Origin: Dehalococcoidia bacterium
GTDB taxonomy: Bacteria; Chloroflexota; Dehalococcoidia; UBA2979
Assembly (NCBI GenBank): GCA_965262725.1
Contig: OZ253555.1
Span: forward strand, 448,001 to 512,000
Direction of reading: 5' to 3'
DNA: 64,000 nucleotides
Numbering within the stretch: position 1 is the first letter of the stretch; every line of letters begins with the position of its first letter. Below are positions 16,758-28,172 of the stretch, one piece after another. A program made the translations under genes and the position numbers. The notes beneath the pieces were generated by a model, which saw nothing but the letters and a program-made list of their open reading frames with translations, was not told the DNA's origin and did not search any database.

Positions 16758-17681
16758 CTACATCGAGCGGTCGATGTCGACCTGCGCGAGCACCTGGCCG
16801 ATGTTGCTCTCGCGGAAGCGCTCCACGTCGTCTCTGTACTTGAAGATGCAGCCGAGCGTCTGCTCCACGGCGTCCTCGTCGAGCGTGTCGCGCGAGAGCG
16901 CCATCAGCGCCATCGCCCAGTCGATGGTCTCCGCCACGCCCGGGCGCTTGTAGAAGTCGCGCTCGCGCAGCAGGCGCATGAACTCGCAGAGCTGCCGGGC
17001 GAGCCCCTCGGCGACGCCGGGCACGCGCGCCATCAGGATCGCCTGCTCGCGCTCGACGTCCGGGTAGTCCAGCCAGTGGTAGAGGCAGCGGCGCTTCAGC
17101 GCGTCGTGCAGCTCGCGCGTGCGGTTGGAGGTGAGCACGACGTAGGGGCGACGGCGGGCGGCGAGCGTCCCGAGCTCCGGGATCGAGATCTGGAAGTCGG
17201 AGAGCACCTCGAGCAGGAAGGCCTCGAACTCCTCGTCGGCGCGGTCGATCTCGTCGACGAGGAGGACGGGCGGCTCCTCGTCCTCGGCGAGGATCGCCTC
17301 AAGCAGCGGCCGGCGCACGAGGTACTCCTCGCCGAAGAGCGAGCGCTCGAGCGCCGCGCGGCGCTCGCCCGTGGCGCCCGCCTCGCCGTCCTCGGCCGAG
17401 GCCAAGCGGATGTGCAGGAGCTGCCTGGGGTAGTTCCACTCGTAGAGCGCTTGCGCGGCGTCGACGCCCTCGTAGCACTGCAGGCGGATGAGCCGCGCGC
17501 CGCGCGCCGAGGCGATCGCCTTCGCGAGCTCGGTCTTCCCGACGCCGGCCTCGCCCTCGAGCAGGAGCGGCTTCTCCATCGCCTGCCCGAGGAAGACGGT
17601 GGTAGCGACGGCGCGCGAGGCAAGGTAGCCCTGCCCGGCGAGCCGCGCGAGCGCGTCGTCGACGGAGGCGAAGTGGGTCAT
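16758..17681 (-). CDS. MoxR-family AAA+ ATPase (CoxD-like)
   Basis: LEGEAGVGKT, RLQCYEG, LVDEIDRADEEFEAFLLE, ELHDALKRRC. Confidence 0.92.
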   Translation of the reverse strand: MTHFASVDDALARLAGQGYLASRAVATTVFLGQAMEKPLLLEGEAGVGKTELAKAIASARGARLIRLQCYEGVDAAQALYEWNYPRQLLHIRLASAEDGEAGATGERRAALERSLFGEEYLVRRPLLEAILAEDEEPPVLLVDEIDRADEEFEAFLLEVLSDFQISIPELGTLAARRRPYVVLTSNRTRELHDALKRRCLYHWLDYPDVEREQAILMARVPGVAEGLARQLCEFMRLLRERDFYKRPGVAETIDWAMALMALSRDTLDEDAVEQTLGCIFKYRDDVERFRESNIGQVLAQVDIDRSM

Positions 17682-17705
17682 GGGCGAGCGGGTCCGGCCT
17701 GCGCG

Positions 17706-18020
17706 CTAGCCGGTGATGCGCTCGACGAAGACCTCGAGCACGCCGCCGCAGATCTTGTCGTCGCCATCAACGGGCTCGGTCAGGTCGACGACGACGACCC
17801 GGGGCTTGCCGTCGGCCATCGTCTCCATGGCGTCCGCCCAGACCTCGGCCTCGCCGCAGCCGCCGCCGATGGTGCCCACGAAGGAGCCGTCGGGCCGGAG
17901 CAGCATGCGGGCGCCGGGCTTGCGCGGCGTCGAGCCGACCGCCTGCGAGACGGTCGCGAGCACACGCTGCTCGCCCGAGGCGAGCGCCTCCCCGATCTCG
18001 GCGTATATCTGGCGGTCCAT
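17706..18020 (-). CDS. Stand-alone XdhC/CoxI N-terminal domain protein
   Basis: GSTPRKPGARML..GTIGGGCGE..ICGGVLEVFVE. Confidence 0.88.
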   Translation of the reverse strand: MDRQIYAEIGEALASGEQRVLATVSQAVGSTPRKPGARMLLRPDGSFVGTIGGGCGEAEVWADAMETMADGKPRVVVVDLTEPVDGDDKICGGVLEVFVERITG

Positions 18021-18089
18021 CGGCCCTCCCGCGGGGCAAGTCTAGCGCAGCGCCCGCGCCGCCGCAGCGGGTGCCCCGGTGGAGGACGC

Positions 18090-18938
18090 TCAGCCCGCGC
18101 CCGGGCGCATCGGCCCGCCGCGGCCGCCTCTGCGGACCATCACGATCTCGGCGAGGATGGAGACCGCTATTTCCTCGGGCGTCTCCGCCCCGATGTCGAG
18201 GCCGATGGGGGTGCGCACGCGGTCGAGCTCAGCCCGCGGGACGCCGCCCGCGGCGAGGCTCTCGAGCACGGTGCGCGTGCGCCGACGGCTCCCGATCATC
18301 CCCAGATAGGCGGCGCCGCGGCCGACCGTATGCCGGAGCGCGAGCTCGTCCTGCTTGTGGCCGCGCGAGACCAGCACGACCGAGCAGGCACCCCCGAGAT
18401 CCATCGCGTCGAGCTCGGAGTCGATCTTGCCTGAGCGCACGTCGTCCGCCATCGGGAAGCGCTCCGCGTTCGCGAACTCGGGCCGGTCGTCGATGACGGT
18501 GATCCGGAATCCGAGCAGGGCGCCGATCTCGGCGAGCGCGAGTCCGACGTGACCGCCGCCGACCACGACCAACCGCCCCGGCGCCTCGAAGAGTTCGAGC
18601 ATGATCTGGGCGTCCCCGGGTGAGGACTCGTGCCGGCGATCAGTCGCCGGCTCCCCCGCGTCGAGATGCGCGCGCCCGATGTAGAGCGTCTGCACGGCGG
18701 TGCGCAGGCGGGCCGAGAGCGCCTCGCGCGCCGCGGCCAGGACCGAGGCGTCGAGGGCGGGACTCCCGAGCGTCCCCAGGGAGCCCTCTGCGGGATCGCG
18801 CCGGACGAGGAGCTTCGCGCCGCGGAGTGCGAGCGGCGGATCGCCCGGGTGGGTCACGGTCGCGACCGCGGCCGGCGCCCCGCCCGCCTGCGCGCGCTCG
18901 ACCTCAGCCACCATGCGTGCGCGGTCCGGTGCGTCCAT
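18090..18938 (-). CDS. XdhC/CoxF-family molybdo-enzyme maturation protein
   Basis: VVGGGHVG, DDRPEFAN, SRGHKQD, YLGMIGSRRR, PIGLDIGAETPEEIAVSILAE; start chosen downstream of a TATCAT -10 box. Confidence 0.88.
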   Translation of the reverse strand: MDAPDRARMVAEVERAQAGGAPAAVATVTHPGDPPLALRGAKLLVRRDPAEGSLGTLGSPALDASVLAAAREALSARLRTAVQTLYIGRAHLDAGEPATDRRHESSPGDAQIMLELFEAPGRLVVVGGGHVGLALAEIGALLGFRITVIDDRPEFANAERFPMADDVRSGKIDSELDAMDLGGACSVVLVSRGHKQDELALRHTVGRGAAYLGMIGSRRRTRTVLESLAAGGVPRAELDRVRTPIGLDIGAETPEEIAVSILAEIVMVRRGGRGGPMRPGAG

Positions 18939-19039
18939 CACGCTCGATGATAGCGGGCGGGCGGACCTGGACTCTCCCCCAACCTCTCTCATCCCCGGGT
19001 AACAGCGACGGGTGCAGGGCCCCGGAAGCAGGAGCCCCG

Positions 19040-19174
19040 ATGATTGGACGGGCTAGTCGAGCTCGAGCCCCCAAGAAGAAGCAGACCCTGTTGCGTCGGA
19101 CCGATTGGTGGAAGGTTCTGGTCGGCTTCGCGGTGGGAACCGCGGCGTGGAACGTGCTGGAACGCCTGCTCTAG
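19040..19174 (+). CDS. Putative small membrane peptide (44 aa)
   Basis: AGGAG RBS, basic N-terminus followed by hydrophobic WWKVLVGFAVGTAAWNVL. Confidence 0.4.
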   Translation: MIGRASRARAPKKKQTLLRRTDWWKVLVGFAVGTAAWNVLERLL

Positions 19175-19228
19175 GGAGAGGGGCGTCCCCCGCTTCCGGG
19201 CGGCGCGACGCTGCTTCCGCAGTATCCC

Positions 19229-20320
19229 CTAGAGGTTGAAGAGGATGTTCAGCACGTCGCCGTCCTGAACGACGTAGGACTTCCCCTCCGTGCGGAGTCG
19301 GCCTCTCTTCTTGAGCTCGGCCAGAGAGCCAGCGTCGATGATCTCCTCCCAGTGGGCGACCTCCGCGCGGATGAAGCCCCGCTCCATGTCGCTGTGGATC
19401 TTCCCCGCGGCCTCGGGCGCGGTGGCGCCGACCGGGATCGTCCACGCCCGGCACTCGTCCTCGCCGACCGTGAGGAAGGAGTGCAGTCCCAGGAGGGCAT
19501 AGGCCTCGACGACGGCGCGCCCCGCCGGCGACTCCGGCGCGACGCCGAGGTCCGAGCGCATCGCCTCCGCCTCCCTGGGGTCGAGCTGCGCCAGCTCGGC
19601 CTCGAGGCTCGCGCAGAGCGCGGCCACGGCAACGCCTGAGCCGCCGTAGCGCCCGGCGACGTCGCGCTCGATGGACCCGGCACGCGGGAGATCCGCCTCG
19701 CCGATGTTGGTAACGAGCAGGACCGGCAGGCGCGTGAGGAAGGGGTAGGCGGCGAGAGCGCGACGATCCGGCTCGTCAAGGTCGAGCGAGCGCAGCGCGC
19801 GGCCCGACTCAAGCGTCGCCTGCAGCCGGAGCAGCAGATCGCGGTCGCGCTCGAGCCGGCCGCGCTCGCCGACGCGGATCGAGCGCGCCTCCGAGTCGAT
19901 GCGGGCGAGGCGGCGCTCGATCAGCCCGAGGTCTGCGAAGACGAGCTCGAGATCGAGCGCCTCGATGTCGCGATCGAGATCGACGGCCCCCTCGGGGTGC
20001 GGCACCACCTCGGACTGAAACGCGCGCACCACGTGCACGAGCGCGTCTGAGCGCGCCAGCTGCTGCAGGAAGCGGCTCCCCGGCTCCCCGGCCCCGAAAC
20101 CGGCGACCGGATAGTCGACCCAGCGGGTCTCGGCGGGGGTCCGCTTCTTCGGGTCGAAGATCTCGGAGAGCCGGTCAAGCCGGTGGTCCGGGACGTGCGC
20201 CACGCCGACGTGGGGGTCGGCGCCCGGCGCGTAGCCGCCGGTCGGGACGCTGCTGCGCGTGACCGCGTTGAAGAGCGACGTCTTGCCCGCGCGCGCCAGT
20301 CCGAGAATCGCGAGTTCCAC
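19229..20320 (-). CDS. ychF: YchF/Ola1 ATPase
   Basis: GLARAGKTSLFNAVT, VPDHRL, VHVVRAF, ECRAWTI, AAGKIHSDMERGFIRAEV, EGKSYVVQDGD. Confidence 0.92.
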   Translation of the reverse strand: MELAILGLARAGKTSLFNAVTRSSVPTGGYAPGADPHVGVAHVPDHRLDRLSEIFDPKKRTPAETRWVDYPVAGFGAGEPGSRFLQQLARSDALVHVVRAFQSEVVPHPEGAVDLDRDIEALDLELVFADLGLIERRLARIDSEARSIRVGERGRLERDRDLLLRLQATLESGRALRSLDLDEPDRRALAAYPFLTRLPVLLVTNIGEADLPRAGSIERDVAGRYGGSGVAVAALCASLEAELAQLDPREAEAMRSDLGVAPESPAGRAVVEAYALLGLHSFLTVGEDECRAWTIPVGATAPEAAGKIHSDMERGFIRAEVAHWEEIIDAGSLAELKKRGRLRTEGKSYVVQDGDVLNILFNL

Positions 20321-20462
20321 GCCCGGACACCCCCTCCACGTGAAGCCGTCAGCCGGCGAGGCCCAGCTCCCGCTGGCCCATCGGGCAGCGGGCAAGGAGC
20401 GGGCACTCCCCGCAGGCCGGGTCACGGCGGTGGCAGCGCCTCTGCCCGTGTCGAACCACGAG

Positions 20463-21670
20463 GGCAAGTCTGATCAGGTGGGTCTAGCGACCCAGTTTCG
20501 CCGCGGTCAGGCGCTCTCAGGCGGATTCCCGATGACAGTGGTCATATCCGCCCCCTCGCGGGCCCCTGTGGCTCCCCTCCTCGCCCCGTGTGGGGCGGGG
20601 AGGGCGCACTCCACCCACGGTCAGGCACGGTGCGGCTTCGCGGTGAGCAGGTTGTGGAACCCCAGCAAGACCGCACACCGCTCGTGGTTCTTGAAGAGAC
20701 CCCGGTACCGCACCTTGGCGTAGCCGAAGCGCCGCTTCACGCTGTAGAACGGGTGCTCCACCAGCGCTCGCACCGATGCCTTCCGCTTCTCCTCGACGGC
20801 CTCAGGACTCTCCGGGTCGAGCGCACGCCGGAGGCCCGGGCGCATCGCCACGTTCCAGTCCTTGACCCTGGAGTCCGCGTTCTCGGGTCTCTTCTGCACG
20901 CCCCGGTACCCGGCGTCGCCGTAGACCTCGGCTTCCTCGCCGTGCAGCAGGCGGTGCGTCTCAGACACGTCCGACACGTTCGCAGGCGTGGTCGTGAAGT
21001 TGTGGACCAGTCCAGTATCCCTGTCGGCGCCGATGTGCAGCTTCATCCCGAAGAACCACTGTTTCCCCTTCTTGGTCTGATGCATCTCCGGGTCCCGCGC
21101 CCGCCCGCGATTCTTCGTCGACGATGGCGCCGAGATGATGGTCGCATCCACGATGCTGCCCTCGCTCAGCTTCAATCCCTTGCTCGTGAGGTGCTCGTTG
21201 ATGAGTTGGAGGATCCTGCTACCCAGGGAGTGGCGCTCGAGCAGGTGCCGGAAGTTGAGGATCGTCGTCTCGTCGGGGATGGGCTCGGAGAGCGTGAGGA
21301 AGCAAAAGGCTCGCACCGACTCGGCCTCGTGGAGCAGATCCTCCATGCCGGGGTCGCTGAGGTTGTAGCAGAGTTGCACGGTATGGATGCGCAGCATCAC
21401 GGAGAGCGGGTAGGGCCTCCGCCCGCGGCCCGGTTTCGGGTAGTGGGGCTCGATGGCTGCTTCGAACCTCTGCCACGGGACGAGGCCATCCAGCCGTTCG
21501 AGGAACTTCTGGCGGCGCGTCTTGTAGCCATCCCGCTCGAACTCGACTCTCGCGAATGTCGGCTGATGCATGGCAGCGCTCCCCTTTCCCGGAGGAGTGC
21601 CATGATCGCATATAGTCATCGGAGTGTGCATGTGCTCCAGTAACGACGCGGCGACCTGTTCAGAGAACCC
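20463..21670 (-). mobile_element. IS5-family insertion sequence
   Basis: Imperfect terminal IRs GGCAAGTCTGATCAGGT / GGGTTCTCTGAACAGGT; CGAG direct repeat at 20459-20462 and 21671-21674. Confidence 0.92.
20621..21571 (-). CDS. IS5-family DDE transposase
   Basis: KTRRQKFL, YPLSVMLRIH, PDETTILNFRHLLE, IVDATII, RDPEMHQTKKGKQWFFGMKLHIG, GDAGY, RALVEHPF. Confidence 0.95.
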   Translation of the reverse strand: MHQPTFARVEFERDGYKTRRQKFLERLDGLVPWQRFEAAIEPHYPKPGRGRRPYPLSVMLRIHTVQLCYNLSDPGMEDLLHEAESVRAFCFLTLSEPIPDETTILNFRHLLERHSLGSRILQLINEHLTSKGLKLSEGSIVDATIISAPSSTKNRGRARDPEMHQTKKGKQWFFGMKLHIGADRDTGLVHNFTTTPANVSDVSETHRLLHGEEAEVYGDAGYRGVQKRPENADSRVKDWNVAMRPGLRRALDPESPEAVEEKRKASVRALVEHPFYSVKRRFGYAKVRYRGLFKNHERCAVLLGFHNLLTAKPHRA

Positions 21671-22337
21671 CGAGCGCGTGCCACTGGTTGAGGCGCGGCA
21701 CGTCCTGGCCGATGCGATCCAGGAAGAGACGCCGCTCCCGCTCGTAGCGCCGCCTCCCGGAGGCCGCCTCGCCGGGGACGGCCGGCAGCAGCTCGAGGCG
21801 CTCGACCAGGCGCCGGGAGTAACTATCGACGACGAAGGTCGGCAGGCGCGCCGCGTAGAGCATGATCGCATCCGCCGTCTCGGGGCCGATGCCCCAGACC
21901 TGAAGCAGCCGCTGGCGGACCGCCTCCGCGGCACGGGCCGGCCCCACGCCGGCGGGCGGCTTGAGCAGCGCGTCGACGTCGCCGTACTCCTCGAGCACGA
22001 CCCGGGAGAACTCGCGGAGCTTGCGCGCCTTCACGTTGAAGTGACCCGACGGGCGGATGAGATCTCCCAGGACTGGCTCGGGGAGGGCGAGGATTGCCTC
22101 CAGCGAGAGTGCCCCCGCGGCGCGCAGCCGTTCGAGGGAGGATGCCGCCCCGCGCCAGGCGGTGTTCTGCGTCAGGATCGCGCCGAGGCAGATCTCGAGC
22201 CTCTGGGCTGGCCCGTCACCGGGGCCGACGGGCCACCACTGCTGGGGCCCGTACTCGCCGACCAGCGCGCCGTAGACGGCGTCGAGCGTGCGGCGCGAGG
22301 CGCGTCGGCCCAAGCGGCGGTTGAGCATCGCCGGCGC

Positions 22338-25083
<2,746 letters not shown>

Positions 25084-25143
25084 CCTCTCCCGGCGCGCCC
25101 CCCGCGGACCCCGTGCGTCCGCTGGCGCGCTCGCGAAGGAGGA

Positions 25144-25653
25144 GTGGCCGTTCCGCCCGAGAGCAGGTTCTTCGTCGAGGTCGAGGTCGAGGAGGCGTGC
25201 CCCGTCACGTTCGGGGGCGACCCCGAGATCGTGCTGTTCTTTGCCTCCTGGGCCTTCTCCCTGCGCTTCGGCGGCATGCACGAGCTCGCGCAGGCGGCGA
25301 TGCGGCTGCAGCGCCGCCACCGCACCGACCTCGCCCCGCTGCTCCGCTACGCCGACCGTGACGCGGGTGATGCGGCCGGGCGCGCCGAGCTCGAGCGCGC
25401 CTGGCAGGCCCCGGAGCCGCTCGCCACGTGCTGCCGCGACGTCGCCGATGCGTGGGAGTCTGGAGACGAGGAGCTCGACGCGCTGACGGCGGGCTACGAG
25501 AGCCTCGCCCAGCGCATGCGCGAGCTCGCCGCGATCTGTGACTGGGCCGGCTCACGCGAGGCACGCGTGCGGCTCAGCTTCGACCTGCGCACCGACGAGC
25601 GGCGGGCGGAGCGCCCGGCCAATCCCTCGGGTCGCGCGGACGGCGGGCGCTGA
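25144..25653 (+). CDS. Hypothetical protein
   Basis: AAGGAGGA RBS before GTG, host-like codon usage, no recognised motif. Confidence 0.7.
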   Translation: MAVPPESRFFVEVEVEEACPVTFGGDPEIVLFFASWAFSLRFGGMHELAQAAMRLQRRHRTDLAPLLRYADRDAGDAAGRAELERAWQAPEPLATCCRDVADAWESGDEELDALTAGYESLAQRMRELAAICDWAGSREARVRLSFDLRTDERRAERPANPSGRADGGR

Positions 25654-25938
25654 CGGCCGGGCCACAACTCCGCGTCGAACCCATCGTCGGAGCGGTGCGC
25701 GTCGCGGATGCGGTTTATGGGGAAGACGCGGGCGAAGAAGTCGCGCGCCGGTCTCCGAGCGCCACCCGCGAGCCGAGGGCGCTGGTGTGTGCCACGAAGC
25801 AGCACCCCCACCGAGAGCGGACGCGCACGTCTCGTCGCTGCGAGAGGGGCGCTACGAGGCCAGGTACGCCGCGCCGATGAGCTCCTGGTAGCGCGCCAGT
25901 TCGTCGTCAGCGAACTCCACCATGGCATCGACGCCCAG

Positions 25939-26088
25939 CGGCGGCGTGGCAGCCGGCGGCGTGGCAGTCGGCGGCGTGGCAGCCGGCGGCGTGGCAGCCG
26001 GCGGCGTGGCAGCCGGCGGCGTGGCAGCCGGCGGCGTGGCAGTCGGCGGCGTGGCAGCCGGCGGCGTGGCAGTCGGCGGCGTGGCAGT
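25939..26088. repeat. Tandem repeat, 10 x 15 bp (CGGCGGCGTGGCAGY)
   Basis: Direct count; only the last base of the unit varies (C/T). Confidence 0.95.
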
Positions 26089-26091
26089 CGA

Positions 26092-26136
26092 GGCATGATT
26101 CCGCGCGGCGAGCGGTCCGCCGCGCGGAATCATGCC
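26092..26136. terminator. Perfect 19-bp inverted repeat, probable terminator of the 26478-26158 gene
   Basis: GGCATGATTCCGCGCGGCG-agcggtc-CGCCGCGCGGAATCATGCC about 20 nt past the stop; no U-tract. Confidence 0.6.
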
Positions 26137-26157
26137 AAGGCTTCGTTCTCGGGAGGG

Positions 26158-26478
26158 CTACTGGCGGTAGCGGGGCTCCAGGAACCGCCGCTCGATTGCC
26201 ACGAGTACCCGGACGGCCACGAGAACACCTATCAATCCGGCGCCGATGAACAATCCACCGCTGGTTTCAAGCAGTGCTCTCCCCAACGTGTCCTCGAACG
26301 ACGGCCTGACGTCGACGATGATCCACGATGCGAGCCAGTAGAGAGCGGAGCCAGCGAGCATCACCGCGATCAGGCCGGCCACGAGGAAGCCGCTGCTAGC
26401 GAGCGGAGCGAGGAGGCCCTGACCTCCACCGCTATCGTCCATGCCCCCACCCTCGGATCCGTTGTCGTTCTCTGCCAT
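26158..26478 (-). CDS. Hypothetical two-TM membrane protein
   Basis: Two hydrophobic segments, AGGGGG RBS-like site. Confidence 0.6.
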   Translation of the reverse strand: MAENDNGSEGGGMDDSGGGQGLLAPLASSGFLVAGLIAVMLAGSALYWLASWIIVDVRPSFEDTLGRALLETSGGLFIGAGLIGVLVAVRVLVAIERRFLEPRYRQ

Positions 26479-26790
26479 CGCCGCCCCCTATTACGCCACC
26501 GCAAGCCCCCGGATCGGGCAAGCGCGTGTTTGGAGAGCACAGACTAGCACAAGAGTAATACGCCTCAACTCGACGGTTCTCGGCGGAGCAGCTCGCCGCG
26601 CACGGCATCCTCACGGGCGCCGCACGTCTGCCGCTGGCGCCCGCCACGCGCGCCGAAGGCATGGCCGTTGAGCGGGTGCCGCGTTTCGGCAATGGGAGGC
26701 TCCCCATGCCGTGAGCCCGCTCGGCACGGCGGCTCACGGCAGGCGGACTCGCCGTCGACCCTCCCGTGCACCGCGCCTATCCTTCGGAGT

Positions 26791-27564
26791 GTGAGAGATG
26801 TCCCTGCCAGCGCGACGCCGACGAGCACCTCGCCCCAGCGCGAGCGCATCGCCGAATACGAGAGCTGGCTCGACGGCCGCGGGCCCACCTCGGCGGTGAT
26901 GCGCTGGTGGATGGGCGTGCCGGGCACGCTCCTCGCCAACACCGCTCTCTTCCGGCTGCCGGAGGAACTCCGGCTCAACGAGGACTGGCGCGTGGTCGAG
27001 ATCGGCTGCGGCCGCGGCTCGCTGCTGCGGATGCTCGACGACCGCATCGGCTTTCTCTCGCCCCCGGTCGGCGTCGATGCGTCGGCGGCCGCCCTGCGTC
27101 TCGCGAGCACGAACGAGCGCCGGGCGCCCGGTGCCCGGCCCGGGCTGTACCTCGTTCAGGGTGCGGCGACCGACATCCCGCTCGCCTCGTCCAGCGCGGA
27201 ACTCGTGGTCGCCGGACACCTCGTCAAGCACCTCGCCGACGGGGAGCTCGAGGCGTTTCTCCGTGAGATCTGGCGCGTGCTCGTCCCCGGCGGGCTGGCG
27301 CTCGTGTGGGACTTCGCGCCGACCGGAAACGTCCACCTCGATCGGTGGAATGCGTGGCTGCTGTCGCGCGGCGTGAAGGGCCCACGGCTGCGCTCCACCC
27401 GCAGCCTGCTCAACGCCGCGGGACGCGCCGGCTTCGCGTTCCGCACCGACGCCCGGCTGCGGCCCTTCCTGCTCCCGCCGATCCCGCGCGCCTCGATTCT
27501 CCTCGGCCGTCCACCCGCGACACAGGCCGATGCCGCTCCTCCCCCGGATCCGGGCGCGGGCTAG
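26791..27564 (+). CDS. Class I SAM-dependent methyltransferase
   Basis: VVEIGCGRG, GVDAS, QGAATDIPL, EIWRVLVPGG; start approximate. Confidence 0.85.
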   Translation: MRDVPASATPTSTSPQRERIAEYESWLDGRGPTSAVMRWWMGVPGTLLANTALFRLPEELRLNEDWRVVEIGCGRGSLLRMLDDRIGFLSPPVGVDASAAALRLASTNERRAPGARPGLYLVQGAATDIPLASSSAELVVAGHLVKHLADGELEAFLREIWRVLVPGGLALVWDFAPTGNVHLDRWNAWLLSRGVKGPRLRSTRSLLNAAGRAGFAFRTDARLRPFLLPPIPRASILLGRPPATQADAAPPPDPGAG

Positions 27565-28172
27565 CGGTAGAGCCGTAGCTCACCGACCAGGCGCAGCACC
27601 TCCCGCGGCAGGAGCGGTGATGTCGGACGCCCGCACCGGACGCGCTCGCGGAGATCGCTCGCCGAGATCTGAAGAGCCGGCAGCGGCACACGGTCGACCC
27701 TTGCCTCGATGCCGGGGACGGCGTCGCGCACCGCGGCCGGCACGTCCGCCTCCTCGCCGGCCCGCTCCACCAGCGCGATGCGAGCCCGGGCGATGATCTC
27801 GTCGGGGCGGTGCCACGCCGGCAGGTCGGCGAGCGCATCGGCGCCCATCACGACCCACCTGTCGTCGCCGGGGCTCATGCGCTCGAGCTCGGCCAGCGTC
27901 TCCGCGGTGTAGGAGGGGCCGGCGCGCTCCACCTCGAGGGAGCTCACCTCTGCCCACGAACCGAGCGGCTCAAGAGCGGCCCGCACGAGTTGCAGCCGGA
28001 GCGCCGCCAGCGTCACCGGGCGCCCCCGCTTGCGCCAGGGCTCTCCCGCCGGGACGAAGAGCACGACGTCGAGGCCCAGCGCCGAGCAGGTGGCGGCTCC
28101 CGCCGCGAGGTGCGCGAGATGCGGCGGGTCGAAGGTGCCGCCCATCACGCCCACCCGCCTCCGCGACGCCAT
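27561..28172 (-). CDS. nadD: Nicotinate-nucleotide adenylyltransferase
   Basis: GGTFDPPHLAH, PSYTAETL, MGADAL..WH, ISASDLRER. Confidence 0.93.
   Translation of the reverse strand: MASRRRVGVMGGTFDPPHLAHLAAGAATCSALGLDVVLFVPAGEPWRKRGRPVTLAALRLQLVRAALEPLGSWAEVSSLEVERAGPSYTAETLAELERMSPGDDRWVVMGADALADLPAWHRPDEIIARARIALVERAGEEADVPAAVRDAVPGIEARVDRVPLPALQISASDLRERVRCGRPTSPLLPREVLRLVGELRLYR

Larger units (their letters stand above)
20349..22328 (-). pseudogene. Endonuclease III-like (HhH-GPD) glycosylase interrupted by IS5
   Basis: 5' part 22328-21671 has GAILTQNTAW and WGIGPETAD. Removing the IS and one CGAG copy restores HALVVRHGQRRCHRRDPACGECPLLARC (FeS motif) ending at TGA 20349. Confidence 0.92.

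Noticed and set aside
20621-21934. 437-aa extended transposase
   Set aside because: The extension crosses the IS end at 21670 into the disrupted gene; the real start is ATG 21571.
25939-26088. CRISPR array
   Set aside because: Head-to-tail 15-bp units without spacers; no cas genes.
25494-26547. Arg-rich ORFs (RRRGS)n / (LPRRR)n
   Set aside because: Translations of the VNTR with no RBS; overlap other genes.
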